A stretch of 64,000 nucleotides of DNA. Origin: Paracoccaceae bacterium (GTDB lineage Bacteria > Pseudomonadota > Alphaproteobacteria > Rhodobacterales > Rhodobacteraceae). The notes below the pieces were generated by a model, which made no database searches, was not told the origin of the DNA, and saw nothing but the letters and a program-made list of their open reading frames with translations. Of the stretch, positions 9,018-18,096 are shown one piece after another. The stretch is taken from contig JAFGXY010000042.1 of assembly GCA_016936395.1 (NCBI GenBank), positions 13,001 through 77,000 on the forward strand, written 5' to 3'. Position 1 is the first letter of the stretch. Each line of letters begins with the position of its first letter. The position numbers were made by a program, and so were the translations under genes.

Positions 9018-10832
9018 ATGAACGCCCCAAAACCCAACATATCCGCAGACCGCCCAATGATCCGGCCTTTGGATGAGGCCGCGATCAACCGCATCGCAGC
9101 GGGTGAGGTGGTCGAGCGCCCCGCCTCGGCCGTGAAGGAACTGGTGGAAAACGCGCTGGATGCGGGGGCCACCCGCATTGCAGTAGACTTTGCCGATGGC
9201 GGCAAGACGCTGATCCGGGTGACAGATGATGGCTGCGGCATGACCGGGGCGGATCTGCCCTTGGCCGTGGCCCGCCATGCCACCTCAAAAATCGACGGCT
9301 CAGATCTTCTGAACATCCACAGCTTCGGGTTTCGGGGTGAGGCGCTTGCGTCCTTGGGCGCGGTCGGGCGGCTGACGCTGACCTCTCGCGCGGCGGGGCA
9401 CGACGCGGCGCAGATCACCGTCGCCGGGGGGCGCGTGGCCGATGTACGCCCCGCCGCCCTGACCCGTGGCACGGTCGTTGAATTGCGCGACCTGTTCTAC
9501 GCCACGCCGGCCCGGCTGAAATTCCTGCGCTCTGACCGGGCCGAGGCGCAGGCGATTGCCGATGTGCTGCGCCGTCTGGCGATGGCGGAACCCCATGTCG
9601 GCTTTACCCTGACCGAGATGTCGGGGGGCGAGGCGCGCACGCTGCTGCGTGCCGATCCGCAATCGGGCGATTTCTTCGCGGCCCTTCACGGGCGGCTGAC
9701 CGGCATCCTTGGTGCCGATTTCACAAGCAACGCCCTGCGCATCGACGTGGCGCGCGATGGCCTGCACCTGACCGGATACGCGGCGCTGCCCACCTATTCG
9801 CGCGGCTCGTCGGCGCGGCAGTATGTGTTCGTCAACGGCCGCCCGGTACTGGACCGCATGCTTTTGGGCGCGCTGCGGGTGGCGTATTTCGACTTTCTGT
9901 CGCGCGACCGTCACCCCGCTGCCGTGTTGAACCTGTCGGTTGACCCGGAAAGGGTGGATGTGAACGTCCATCCCGCCAAATCCGAGGTGCGTTTTCGAGA
10001 ACCCGAAGCCGCGCGCAGCCTGATCATCACGGGCCTACGCACGGCGCTTTCCGGCGCGGGGCATCGCGCGTCAACGACCGTGGGAACCGAAACCCTTGCC
10101 GCGATGCGCCCCGAACGCCCCGTCTACCAGATGGACCGCCCGTCGCAGGCGAGTCTCTCCCGCGCCTTCACCTTTCAGGCCCCCCATACGCCCGGCTTTG
10201 CCGAGGCCCCTACAGCCCGCATCGAAGACCTGCCCGCGCAGCCCGAGGAAAGCCACCCTCTTGGCGCGGCCCGCGCGCAGGTGCACGAAAACTACATCAT
10301 CGCGCAAACCGCCAGCGGCATCGTCATCGTCGATCAGCACGCAGCCCACGAACGGCTGGTGTATGAACGCCTGAAACGCCAGATGGCGGAAACCGGGATC
10401 ACCGCGCAGGCGCTGCTGATCCCCGAGATCGTCGACCTTTCCCCCTCCGACGCCGCCCGCCTGCTGGACGCTGCCCCAATGCTGGCAGAAATTGGCCTGA
10501 CCGTTGAGCCCTTCGGCGGCTCAGCCGTTGCGGTGCGCGAAACCCCGGCGATTCTGGGCGCCGTCAACGCCGCAGCCCTGATCCGCGATGTGCTAGACGA
10601 ATTGGCCGACACGGGCCAAAGCCACGGGGTGCGTGCCAAGATTGACGCCGTGCTGTCGCGCATGGCCTGCCATGGCTCGGTCCGGTCGGGCCGTCAGATG
10701 CGCGCCGAGGAAATGAACGCGCTTCTGCGCGAGATGGAGGCAACCCCGATGTCCGGACAGTGCAACCACGGCCGCCCCACCTATGTGGAACTGAAACTGC
10801 ACGATATCGAACGGTTGTTCGGACGCCGATGA
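9018..10832 (+). CDS. mutL: DNA mismatch repair endonuclease MutL
   Basis: Carries INRIAAGEVVERPASAVKELVENALDAGA (GHKL ATPase) and a C-terminal dimerisation/endonuclease region. The start is ambiguous: ATG 9018, ATG 9057 (MIRPLDE) or the track's TTG 8988. Confidence 0.93.
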   Translation: MNAPKPNISADRPMIRPLDEAAINRIAAGEVVERPASAVKELVENALDAGATRIAVDFADGGKTLIRVTDDGCGMTGADLPLAVARHATSKIDGSDLLNIHSFGFRGEALASLGAVGRLTLTSRAAGHDAAQITVAGGRVADVRPAALTRGTVVELRDLFYATPARLKFLRSDRAEAQAIADVLRRLAMAEPHVGFTLTEMSGGEARTLLRADPQSGDFFAALHGRLTGILGADFTSNALRIDVARDGLHLTGYAALPTYSRGSSARQYVFVNGRPVLDRMLLGALRVAYFDFLSRDRHPAAVLNLSVDPERVDVNVHPAKSEVRFREPEAARSLIITGLRTALSGAGHRASTTVGTETLAAMRPERPVYQMDRPSQASLSRAFTFQAPHTPGFAEAPTARIEDLPAQPEESHPLGAARAQVHENYIIAQTASGIVIVDQHAAHERLVYERLKRQMAETGITAQALLIPEIVDLSPSDAARLLDAAPMLAEIGLTVEPFGGSAVAVRETPAILGAVNAAALIRDVLDELADTGQSHGVRAKIDAVLSRMACHGSVRSGRQMRAEEMNALLREMEATPMSGQCNHGRPTYVELKLHDIERLFGRR

Positions 10833-11989
10833 TCACGCTGTTTGGACAGACATTTCAATGGGACGACCCCGAGGTTCTGATCCTTGGCGGGGCCGCGTTG
10901 GTGCTGCTGGGCTTTCTTGCCCTGATCCTGCGCGCAGCCGGGCGGTCAGCCACCATGGCAGACCCCTTGATGCGCGAACTGGGCTGGCTTTCGCAGCGCG
11001 TGCAGCAGTTGGGCGACGGGCAGGAACGGCTGGCGGGTGGCTTGCACCATGTCTCCGAGGCGCAAGCCGTCAGCCAGACCGCGATGCTTCAAGTCATGGA
11101 ACAACGTCTGGCCGAAGTGACGCGCCAGATGGGTGAAAGCCTGCACGGCACATCCACCCGCACCGCCCGGTCCTTGGGCGAATTGCAGCAACGGCTGGAA
11201 ACCATCGACAAGGCACAGGCCAATATCGAAAAGCTGTCGGGCAACGTGCTGTCCTTGCAAGACATTCTGTCAAACAAGCAAACCCGTGGCGCCTTTGGCG
11301 AAATCCAGTTGCATGACATCGTGCAAAAGGCGCTGCCGAAAGACGCCTACACGATGCAGGCCACGCTTTCCAACGGCAAGCGGGCCGATTGTCTGATCCA
11401 CCTGCCCAACCCGCCCGGCCCCATCGTGGTGGACGCTAAGTTTCCGCTGGAAGCCTATGAAGCGATCCGCCGCGCCGAAACCCCGCGTCAGGCGCAGGAA
11501 GCCGCCAGCCTGATGCGCGGGGCGGTGCGCCACCACATCAAGGCGATTGCCGAGAAATACATCCTCGAAGGCGAAACCGCCGATGGCGCGCTGATGTTCC
11601 TGCCGTCCGAAGCGGTCTATGCCGAGCTGCATTCCAACTTTCCCGATGTGGTGCGCGAAGGCTTTGCCGCCCGTGTCTGGATCGTGTCGCCCACCACCTG
11701 CATGGCCACGCTGAACACCATGCGCGCGGTCTTGAAAGACGCGCGGATGCGCGAACAGGCGGGGGCGATCCGCCGCGAACTGGCGCTGCTTTATGGCGAT
11801 GTAGACCGGCTGGGCCAAAGGGTTGAAAGCCTTGACCGGCATTTTGGGCAGGCGTCCAAGGATATCGAGGACATCAAGGTCAGCGCCGAAAAGGCTGGCA
11901 AACGCGCGCGCCGGCTGGATAATTTCGACTTTGAAGAGCTTTCCGACGCACCGGCCACCCCGGTTATCGGACCGCAGGCAGCAGAGTGA
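10829..11989 (+). CDS. rmuC: DNA recombination protein RmuC
   Basis: Track ORF trimmed to MITLFGQTFQWDD... It has an N-terminal TM helix, a coiled-coil, and a C-terminal RmuC region DCLIHLPNPPGPIVVDAKFPLEAY. The ATG overlaps the mutL stop (ATGA at 10829-10832). Confidence 0.9.
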   Translation: MITLFGQTFQWDDPEVLILGGAALVLLGFLALILRAAGRSATMADPLMRELGWLSQRVQQLGDGQERLAGGLHHVSEAQAVSQTAMLQVMEQRLAEVTRQMGESLHGTSTRTARSLGELQQRLETIDKAQANIEKLSGNVLSLQDILSNKQTRGAFGEIQLHDIVQKALPKDAYTMQATLSNGKRADCLIHLPNPPGPIVVDAKFPLEAYEAIRRAETPRQAQEAASLMRGAVRHHIKAIAEKYILEGETADGALMFLPSEAVYAELHSNFPDVVREGFAARVWIVSPTTCMATLNTMRAVLKDARMREQAGAIRRELALLYGDVDRLGQRVESLDRHFGQASKDIEDIKVSAEKAGKRARRLDNFDFEELSDAPATPVIGPQAAE

Positions 11990-12634
11990 TCAGATCCGGA
12001 AAATCGGCTGCATCAGGCGTGGCATCATCGTGTTGAACTTCAACGGACCTTGGGTTGCTGCAAGACAAATGCAGACCTTACCGGCTTCGGCCACCGGGGT
12101 ATGCTCGATCGAGGCATCTGCGACCTCAATATCGCCGGGTCCAAACACCTTTTCCCCGTCATGGAATGCACCTTGCAGCACCAGGGTCAACTCCAGCCCG
12201 CTGTGCCCATGGTCGGGCATGGCCGCGCCACCGGGTATCGAAAGCAGCCGCGCCGTGGCCTCGCCGTCCGAACTGCGCAAGATCGCCTGCCGCGCACCCA
12301 GCCCGATCGGCCGCCACTTCACCGACGACAGACTGCCGCCGATGCATTCAAACACCGGCGCGGGCAGAATGCCATCGGCGCGGCGCGGCGCACGGGCGTT
12401 GGCTTGGGGCAGGGTCTCGATCCGGGCAAGGCAAGCCTCAAGGCTGCCGTCCGACATCTGGGCCACATCGTCTTCGATCACGGCACCGCCCAGCGCGTCA
12501 AAGGCCATGGCGCGGGCGCGACACTCGTCACACATCGAAAGATGCGCCGCGATCACCAGACTGATCGCCTGTGGCAGATTGCCTGCCGAATAGGCCATGA
12601 GCAAATCTTCGGTAAGGTGGTGTTTGATCGTCAT
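11990..12634 (-). CDS. chrR: anti-sigma-E factor ChrR (zinc anti-sigma plus cupin)
   Basis: 214 aa with the HLSMCDEC motif (HxxxCxxC zinc anti-sigma signature) and a C-terminal cupin-like half. It has a 4-nt start/stop overlap with rpoE. Confidence 0.92.
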   Translation of the reverse strand: MTIKHHLTEDLLMAYSAGNLPQAISLVIAAHLSMCDECRARAMAFDALGGAVIEDDVAQMSDGSLEACLARIETLPQANARAPRRADGILPAPVFECIGGSLSSVKWRPIGLGARQAILRSSDGEATARLLSIPGGAAMPDHGHSGLELTLVLQGAFHDGEKVFGPGDIEVADASIEHTPVAEAGKVCICLAATQGPLKFNTMMPRLMQPIFRI

Positions 12635-13182
12635 TTCACAGGTGCCTTCACGTCCATCTGGTGGCGCAGCCGCTCCAGCGCCAATCGTATCCGCGACTTG
12701 ATCGTGCCTAGGGGCAGGCCGGTTTCGGCGGCAATCTCGCTGTGCGAGAGGTCACCGTAATAGGCCCGCTCGATCAGCGCGCGCTGCTTTTGCGGCAGCT
12801 GCGACAGCGCCGCCCCCAACCGTTCGGTATCTTGCTGCGCCTCGAACACCTCGGCCTGATCGGGTTCCGCCGTCGGCCCCCAGGTCAGGTCTTCGGGTTC
12901 GGGACGGCGCGATTTGCGCAGCGCGTCAATCCGGCGGTTGCGCGCGATGGCGAAAACCCATGTCGCAACCGAGGCCCGTTCGGGATCAAACTGGATCGCC
13001 TTTTGCCACAGGGTCGCCATCACATCTTGCGCACATTCTTCGGCCAGGGCCTCGGACGCGCCGGATTTCATCAGGAATGCCTTCACGCGCGGCGCAAAAT
13101 GCCGAAACAGCGCGGCGAAGGCCGCCCGGTCCTGATGATCGCGCACACGCATCACCAGCGCGGCCCAATCCGTTTGCTCCAT
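12631..13182 (-). CDS. rpoE: ECF sigma factor RpoE (sigma-E, ChrR-partnered group)
   Basis: Track ORF 12631..13299 trimmed to MEQTDWAALVMRVRDHQDRAAF... By eye it matches the layout of R. sphaeroides RpoE (region 2 FAPRVKAFL...VATWVFAIARN, region 4 LPLGTIKSRIRLA). Upstream starts would lie at or upstream of the predicted promoter. Confidence 0.9.
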   Translation of the reverse strand: MEQTDWAALVMRVRDHQDRAAFAALFRHFAPRVKAFLMKSGASEALAEECAQDVMATLWQKAIQFDPERASVATWVFAIARNRRIDALRKSRRPEPEDLTWGPTAEPDQAEVFEAQQDTERLGAALSQLPQKQRALIERAYYGDLSHSEIAAETGLPLGTIKSRIRLALERLRHQMDVKAPVK

Positions 13183-13306
13183 GTCCGCTGTCACCCGCGG
13201 TTTTCCTTTGCGGCGCATACTGTGGCCAACGCTTGCAACATAAGGCTGCAACCCGTCAGGTCCACCTGCATTCTGCGCGTACATGGTATCAAACATCATG
13301 CAAGTT

Positions 13307-13334
13307 CATACGCGTCCCGTTGCGGGTTGGATCA
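13307..13334 (-). promoter_or_regulatory. candidate sigma-E-dependent promoter of rpoE-chrR (autoregulatory)
   Basis: The reverse strand reads TGATCC-AACCCGCAACGGGACG-CGTATG (16-nt spacer). A near-identical copy lies on the other strand 66 bp away. Confidence 0.65.
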
Positions 13335-13400
13335 CAACATGTTCAGGCCTGCGGCATTTTTTGTCGCCCGATCCAATGCTGCCAGTAAAAATGGACAGTG

Positions 13401-13428
13401 TGATCCAACGGCTTTAGACGTGCGTAGT
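13401..13428 (+). promoter_or_regulatory. candidate sigma-E-dependent promoter of the divergent 5-gene operon
   Basis: Reads TGATCC-AACGGCTTTAGACGTG-CGTAGT (16-nt spacer) and ends 17 nt before the ATG at 13445. Confidence 0.65.
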
Positions 13429-13444
13429 ATTTTCAGAGACAAAC

Positions 13445-14737
13445 ATGAGGCCTGTCATGCCCTTTGAAACGCTCGGCACCCCGCCCCGTCGGATCGCCGT
13501 GATCGGCGGCGGAATATCCGGCATGTCGGCGGCGCACATGCTGGCCGATGACCACCGGGTCGTGCTCTTTGAGGCTGACCCGCGTCTGGGCGGCCACGCC
13601 CGCACGGTGATGGCCGGCAAGCGCGGCGATCAGCCGGTTGATACCGGGTTCATTGTGTTCAATCGGGTCAACTATCCGCATCTGGTAAGGCTGTTCGAAA
13701 AGCTTGAGGTGCCGGTCACTGAAAGCGACATGAGCTTTTGTGCCAGCGTCGATGGCGGGCGGATCGAATATGCGCTCGACAGCCTTGATACATTGTTTGC
13801 GCAGCGCAAGAACTTGCTGAACCCCAAATTCCTTGGCATGATCCGCGATATCCTGAAGTTCAACAAGCAGGCGGCGGCGGTGGCCAAGCCCGGTATGGTG
13901 ATCCGCGACCTGCTGGCCGCCCTGGGCACCGGCGATTACTTCCGCGACTATTACATCACGCCGTTTTCGGGCGCGATCTGGTCAACACCCACCAAGGGCA
14001 TCTTGGACTTTCCCGCCGATGCGATGATCCGGTTCTTTGAAAACCACCGCCTGATGTCCACCAGCGGCCAGCACCAATGGTACACGGTGCGCGGTGGGTC
14101 GGTGCAATACGTGCAGCGCCTGCAGGCAGTGATGGAAAAGCAAGGCGTCGATATCCGGCTGTCGGCATCCGTGGCCGGGGTGCGGCGGATGGCCGATGGC
14201 GTGCATGTGCGTGCCACCGGAGGGGACTGGGAAGCCTTTGACGATGTGATCTTCGCGACCCATTCCGATGATGCGCTGGCGCTGCTGTCCGACCCGTCGG
14301 TGGCTGAAACGAAGGCCTTGGGCGCGGTGCGCTATCAGCCGAACGAGGCGATCCTGCACTGCGATGAAAGCGTGATGCCAACGCTGCACAAGACATGGTC
14401 GAGCTGGTCCTATGTCGAGCCCAAGGGGGGGCCGGGCGACCGCATCGACCTGAGCTATTGGATGAACCGGCTGCAACCGATACCGAAGGATGACCCGCAT
14501 TTCGTGACGCTGAACAGCAACCGAACGATCCGTGAAGACCGCATCTATGATCAGGTGACCTTCCGCCATCCGGTCTATGATACGGCGGCGCTGTCGGCAC
14601 AGAGGGCCATCCGCAGGATGAATGGCACCGCAAACACATGGTTCTGTGGTGCGTGGATGAAGAACGGTTTTCACGAAGACGGCATCGGCAGCGCCGCCGA
14701 TGTGGTCGAGGCAATGCGCACCCGCGAGGTGGTGTGA
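13445..14737 (+). CDS. NAD/FAD-binding amine-oxidase-like oxidoreductase (UfaD/RSP1091-like)
   Basis: 430 aa with the N-terminal dinucleotide fold IAVIGGGISGMSAAH. It is the first gene divergent from rpoE, as in R. sphaeroides. Confidence 0.88.
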   Translation: MRPVMPFETLGTPPRRIAVIGGGISGMSAAHMLADDHRVVLFEADPRLGGHARTVMAGKRGDQPVDTGFIVFNRVNYPHLVRLFEKLEVPVTESDMSFCASVDGGRIEYALDSLDTLFAQRKNLLNPKFLGMIRDILKFNKQAAAVAKPGMVIRDLLAALGTGDYFRDYYITPFSGAIWSTPTKGILDFPADAMIRFFENHRLMSTSGQHQWYTVRGGSVQYVQRLQAVMEKQGVDIRLSASVAGVRRMADGVHVRATGGDWEAFDDVIFATHSDDALALLSDPSVAETKALGAVRYQPNEAILHCDESVMPTLHKTWSSWSYVEPKGGPGDRIDLSYWMNRLQPIPKDDPHFVTLNSNRTIREDRIYDQVTFRHPVYDTAALSAQRAIRRMNGTANTWFCGAWMKNGFHEDGIGSAADVVEAMRTREVV

Positions 14738-15495
14738 TGGAAACCGTCGACCTGATCCGCGGCGAGACCTATCACGGGCGCAAAGGTGCTGTGCAAAACA
14801 GCTTTCGCTATACCGTGGATTATGTGGCGCTGGAGGCCGAGGGTCCGGTGAACGGCCCGTCGCTGTTTTCGCGCAACCGCCGCAATGTGACAGCGGTGCA
14901 TGACACCGATCACGGCGGCCAACCCGGCAAGGGCACGGGCGCGGCTTGGGTGCGCAAGGTGCTGGCCGAACATGACCTGCCCGCCCCCGCCCGCATTGTC
15001 CTGATGGCGCAGCCGCGCGTCTTGGGCCATGTGTTCAACCCGGTGTCGTTCTGGCTGTGCCACGATGCCGACGGCGCGCTGCGCACGGTGATCGCCGAAG
15101 TCAACAACACCTATGGCGACCGGCACTCCTACCTTGCGCATCACGACAACCATGGCCCGATCACCCGCGAGGACACCCTTCTGGCGAAAAAGATCTTCTA
15201 CGTCTCGCCATTTCAGCCAGTGCTGGGCGAGTATCGGTTCCGATTTGACATCACCGATGCGCGGGTTGGCATCTGGATCGACTACAGCACCGAAGATGGC
15301 GGCGGGTTGTTCACCAATCTGATCGGCCCCCGGGTGCCGCTGACCAATGCCGATATCCTGCGCGCTGCGGTGCGCCGGCCGTTGGGGTCGCGCCGCGTGC
15401 TGGCGCTGATCCATTGGCAGGCCGCGAAACTGGCGCTGAAGCGGGTCAAGTTCCGCAGCCGCCCGGTGCCGCCGCCCGAAGACGTGACGCGATGA
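14737..15495 (+). CDS. DUF1365 family protein (UfaO/RSP1090-like)
   Basis: Track ORF trimmed to METVDLIRGETYHGRKGAVQNSFRY... The ATG shares 1 nt with the upstream TGA (TGATG). Confidence 0.85.
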   Translation: METVDLIRGETYHGRKGAVQNSFRYTVDYVALEAEGPVNGPSLFSRNRRNVTAVHDTDHGGQPGKGTGAAWVRKVLAEHDLPAPARIVLMAQPRVLGHVFNPVSFWLCHDADGALRTVIAEVNNTYGDRHSYLAHHDNHGPITREDTLLAKKIFYVSPFQPVLGEYRFRFDITDARVGIWIDYSTEDGGGLFTNLIGPRVPLTNADILRAAVRRPLGSRRVLALIHWQAAKLALKRVKFRSRPVPPPEDVTR

Positions 15496-16772
15496 CCGGC
15501 ACCGCCGCCGCATCCACCGCCACCGCACCGGGGGCCAGCTTGCTGCCTTGGTCGCTGTTTGCGGCTATGATCGCGGCGGCGGGTCTGCCGATCTATATCC
15601 ATGCGCCGAAGTTCTATGTCGATGAATATGGGCTGAGCCTGGCCACCCTTGGCCTGACGCTTGCCGCCTTGCGGCTGGTGGATGTGGTGCAAGACCCGCT
15701 GCTGGGCTGGCTGGCCGAAGTGGCGCAGGGCTGGCGCGCGGCCCTGGTCTGGGGTGCCGCTATGGTCATGGCGTTGGCGATGCTGGGGCTGTTCGCGGTT
15801 ACCCCGCCGGTGGCGCCGCTGGTGTGGTTCGCGCTGTGCCTGACGCTGCTGTTCAGTGGCTTTTCCTTTCTGACCATCGTGTTCTACGCCCAAGGCGTTG
15901 CCAAGGCGGCCAGCCTTGGGACGGGCGGCCATTTCCGGCTGGCCAGTTGGCGCGAAACCGGATCGCTGGTCGGCGTCTCGCTTGCGGCCGTTGCCCCGGT
16001 GGCCTTGGCTGCACTGACCGACAAGCCGTTTACCGCATTCGCCATCGGCTTTGGCGCGCTGGCCGTGCTGGCTGCGGTCTTGATGCGCCACGAATGGCGG
16101 GGCAGCGGGCGCGTGCTGTCTGTCACCGCTTTTGGCCACCCTTGGGCGGTGTTTCGCCCGGCCTTGTCCGACGCCCTGTCGCGCCGGTTGCTGCTGATCG
16201 CGCTGTTGAACGCCGCCCCGGTGGCGGTCACCTCGACCCTGTTCCTGTTCTTCGTCGAAAGCCGCCTTGCTGCGCCGGGCTGGGAAGGGCCACTTCTGCT
16301 GTTGTTCTTCCTGTCGGCCGCCGCCTCGGCCCCGGTGTGGGGGCGCTTGGCCAGCCGCTATGGCGCCAAGCGCAGCCTGCTGGGCGCCATGGCGCTTGCC
16401 ATCGCCGCCTTCCTCTGGGCCGTGACCCTGCGCGAAGGCGACACAGCTGCCTTCGCGCTGATCTGCGCCGCCTCTGGCGCGGCCCTTGGGGCGGACCTGA
16501 CGCTGTTGCCCGCGCTGTTTGCCCGCCGCCTTGCCGCCTTGGGCAGCGGCGAAGGGGCCGCCTTTGGCCTGTGGTCGTTCGTGTCGAAGCTGTCGCTGGC
16601 CATCGCGGCGGCAACGCTTTTGCCCGCCTTGGCCAGCGCAGGCTTTGCACCCGGTGCCGCCAACACCGCCCAAGCGTTGCTGGCGCTGTCGCTTTTGTAT
16701 GCTGCCCTGCCCTGCGGGCTGAAGCTGTTTGCCATGGGCCTGCTGGCCTTGACCGATGTAGAAAAGGGGTAG
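15492..16772 (+). CDS. MFS transporter
   Basis: Track ORF trimmed to MTGTAAAS... It is about 426 aa with roughly 12 hydrophobic spans. It overlaps the upstream gene by ATGA. Confidence 0.85.
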   Translation: MTGTAAASTATAPGASLLPWSLFAAMIAAAGLPIYIHAPKFYVDEYGLSLATLGLTLAALRLVDVVQDPLLGWLAEVAQGWRAALVWGAAMVMALAMLGLFAVTPPVAPLVWFALCLTLLFSGFSFLTIVFYAQGVAKAASLGTGGHFRLASWRETGSLVGVSLAAVAPVALAALTDKPFTAFAIGFGALAVLAAVLMRHEWRGSGRVLSVTAFGHPWAVFRPALSDALSRRLLLIALLNAAPVAVTSTLFLFFVESRLAAPGWEGPLLLLFFLSAAASAPVWGRLASRYGAKRSLLGAMALAIAAFLWAVTLREGDTAAFALICAASGAALGADLTLLPALFARRLAALGSGEGAAFGLWSFVSKLSLAIAAATLLPALASAGFAPGAANTAQALLALSLLYAALPCGLKLFAMGLLALTDVEKG

Positions 16773-16775
16773 GGA

Positions 16776-17336
16776 ATGACGCCTGCGCCGCTGATCCTGT
16801 GTGGCATCATCCTTGGGGCGGTGGCGCTTGCCCTGTTGCAAAGGGCAAACGGCTTTCGGGCGCAACGCCCCGCCGATCTGGCCGCGCGTGGCCCGCGCCT
16901 AGATCTGCGCCAGCATCTGAACGGGCCGATCCTGTGCGAGGGCGTGATCTATGGGCCCACGGGCCGCGTCGCCAGCCGCTTTGTCGCCGACATGCAGGGC
17001 ACATGGAGCGGCAACACCGGCACCTTGACCGAGGTGTTTCGCTATGACAGCGGCGTGGTGCAGAACCGGGCGTGGACTTTGACACTTGGCAATGACGGGT
17101 CAATCCGCGCCGAAGCCGCCGATGTGGTGGGCACCGGCACCGGGCAGGCGATGGGCCCAGCGGTGGAAATGCGCTATCGCATCAGGCTGGAACCCGAGGC
17201 GGGCGGGCATGTGCTGGATGTGGTGGACTGGATGTATCTGATGGAAAATGGAACCATCATGAACCGCAGCCAGTTTTACAAGTTTGGGGTCAAGGTGGCC
17301 GAGCTGGTGGCCACGATGCGACAAGTTCCGGCATGA
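16776..17336 (+). CDS. DUF3833-like membrane-anchored protein
   Basis: 186 aa with an N-terminal hydrophobic anchor followed by CEGVIYGPTGRVASRF...WTLTLGNDGSIRAEA. It starts 3 nt after the MFS gene's stop. Confidence 0.78.
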   Translation: MTPAPLILCGIILGAVALALLQRANGFRAQRPADLAARGPRLDLRQHLNGPILCEGVIYGPTGRVASRFVADMQGTWSGNTGTLTEVFRYDSGVVQNRAWTLTLGNDGSIRAEAADVVGTGTGQAMGPAVEMRYRIRLEPEAGGHVLDVVDWMYLMENGTIMNRSQFYKFGVKVAELVATMRQVPA

Positions 17337-17349
17337 ACAGGGGGCGGCT

Positions 17350-18090
17350 ATGAAAACGTGGACAGGCAAACGCTATTGGCTGGTGGGCGCTTCCGAAGGG
17401 CTGGGGTTGGCGCTGGCGCAAATCCTGTCGCGCGCGGGGGCCGAGGTGATCTTGTCGGCGCGGTCCGCCGATCGGCTGCAGGCCGCGGTGGAAACCCTGC
17501 CGGGCAAAAGCATGGCTCTGCCCTGCGACGTGGCTGACAGCGCGTCGGTGCGGGCCGCAGCCGAAGCTGCCGGTCCCTTGGATGGCGTGGTGTTTCTGGC
17601 CGGGGTCTATTGGCCGACACGCGCGCAAGACTGGAACGCCGATCAGGTCGAGGCGATGTGTGATATCAACTTCACCGGCTGCGCCCGGGTCATCGGCGCG
17701 GTGCTGCCCGCCATGGTGGCGCGCGGCGCGGGCCATGTGGTAATCACCGGCTCTTTGTCGGGCTTTCGCGGTCTGCCCGGCTCTATAGGCTACAGCGCGT
17801 CGAAAGCGGGGGTGATGTCGTTGGCCGAGTGTCTTTATGCCGATCTGCGCGGCAGCAATATTCAGGTGCAGGTTGCCAACCCCGGCTTTATCCGCACCCG
17901 CCTGACCGACAAGAACGATTTCTCGATGCCCTTCCTGATGGAACCCGAAGGCGCCGCGCAAGAAATGTTTGACCACATGAACACCGACAGCTTCAAGCGC
18001 AGCTTTCCCATGGTGTTTTCATGGTTCTTCCGTCTGTCGCAATTCCTGCCCGACTGGGCCTATTACGCGATCTTTGCGCCGCGCAAATAG
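17350..18090 (+). CDS. short-chain dehydrogenase/reductase (SDR)
   Basis: Track ORF trimmed to MKTWTGKRYWLVGASEGLGLALA (TGxxxGxG-like). The catalytic YSASK motif is present. Confidence 0.88.
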   Translation: MKTWTGKRYWLVGASEGLGLALAQILSRAGAEVILSARSADRLQAAVETLPGKSMALPCDVADSASVRAAAEAAGPLDGVVFLAGVYWPTRAQDWNADQVEAMCDINFTGCARVIGAVLPAMVARGAGHVVITGSLSGFRGLPGSIGYSASKAGVMSLAECLYADLRGSNIQVQVANPGFIRTRLTDKNDFSMPFLMEPEGAAQEMFDHMNTDSFKRSFPMVFSWFFRLSQFLPDWAYYAIFAPRK

Positions 18091-18096
18091 CAGCCG

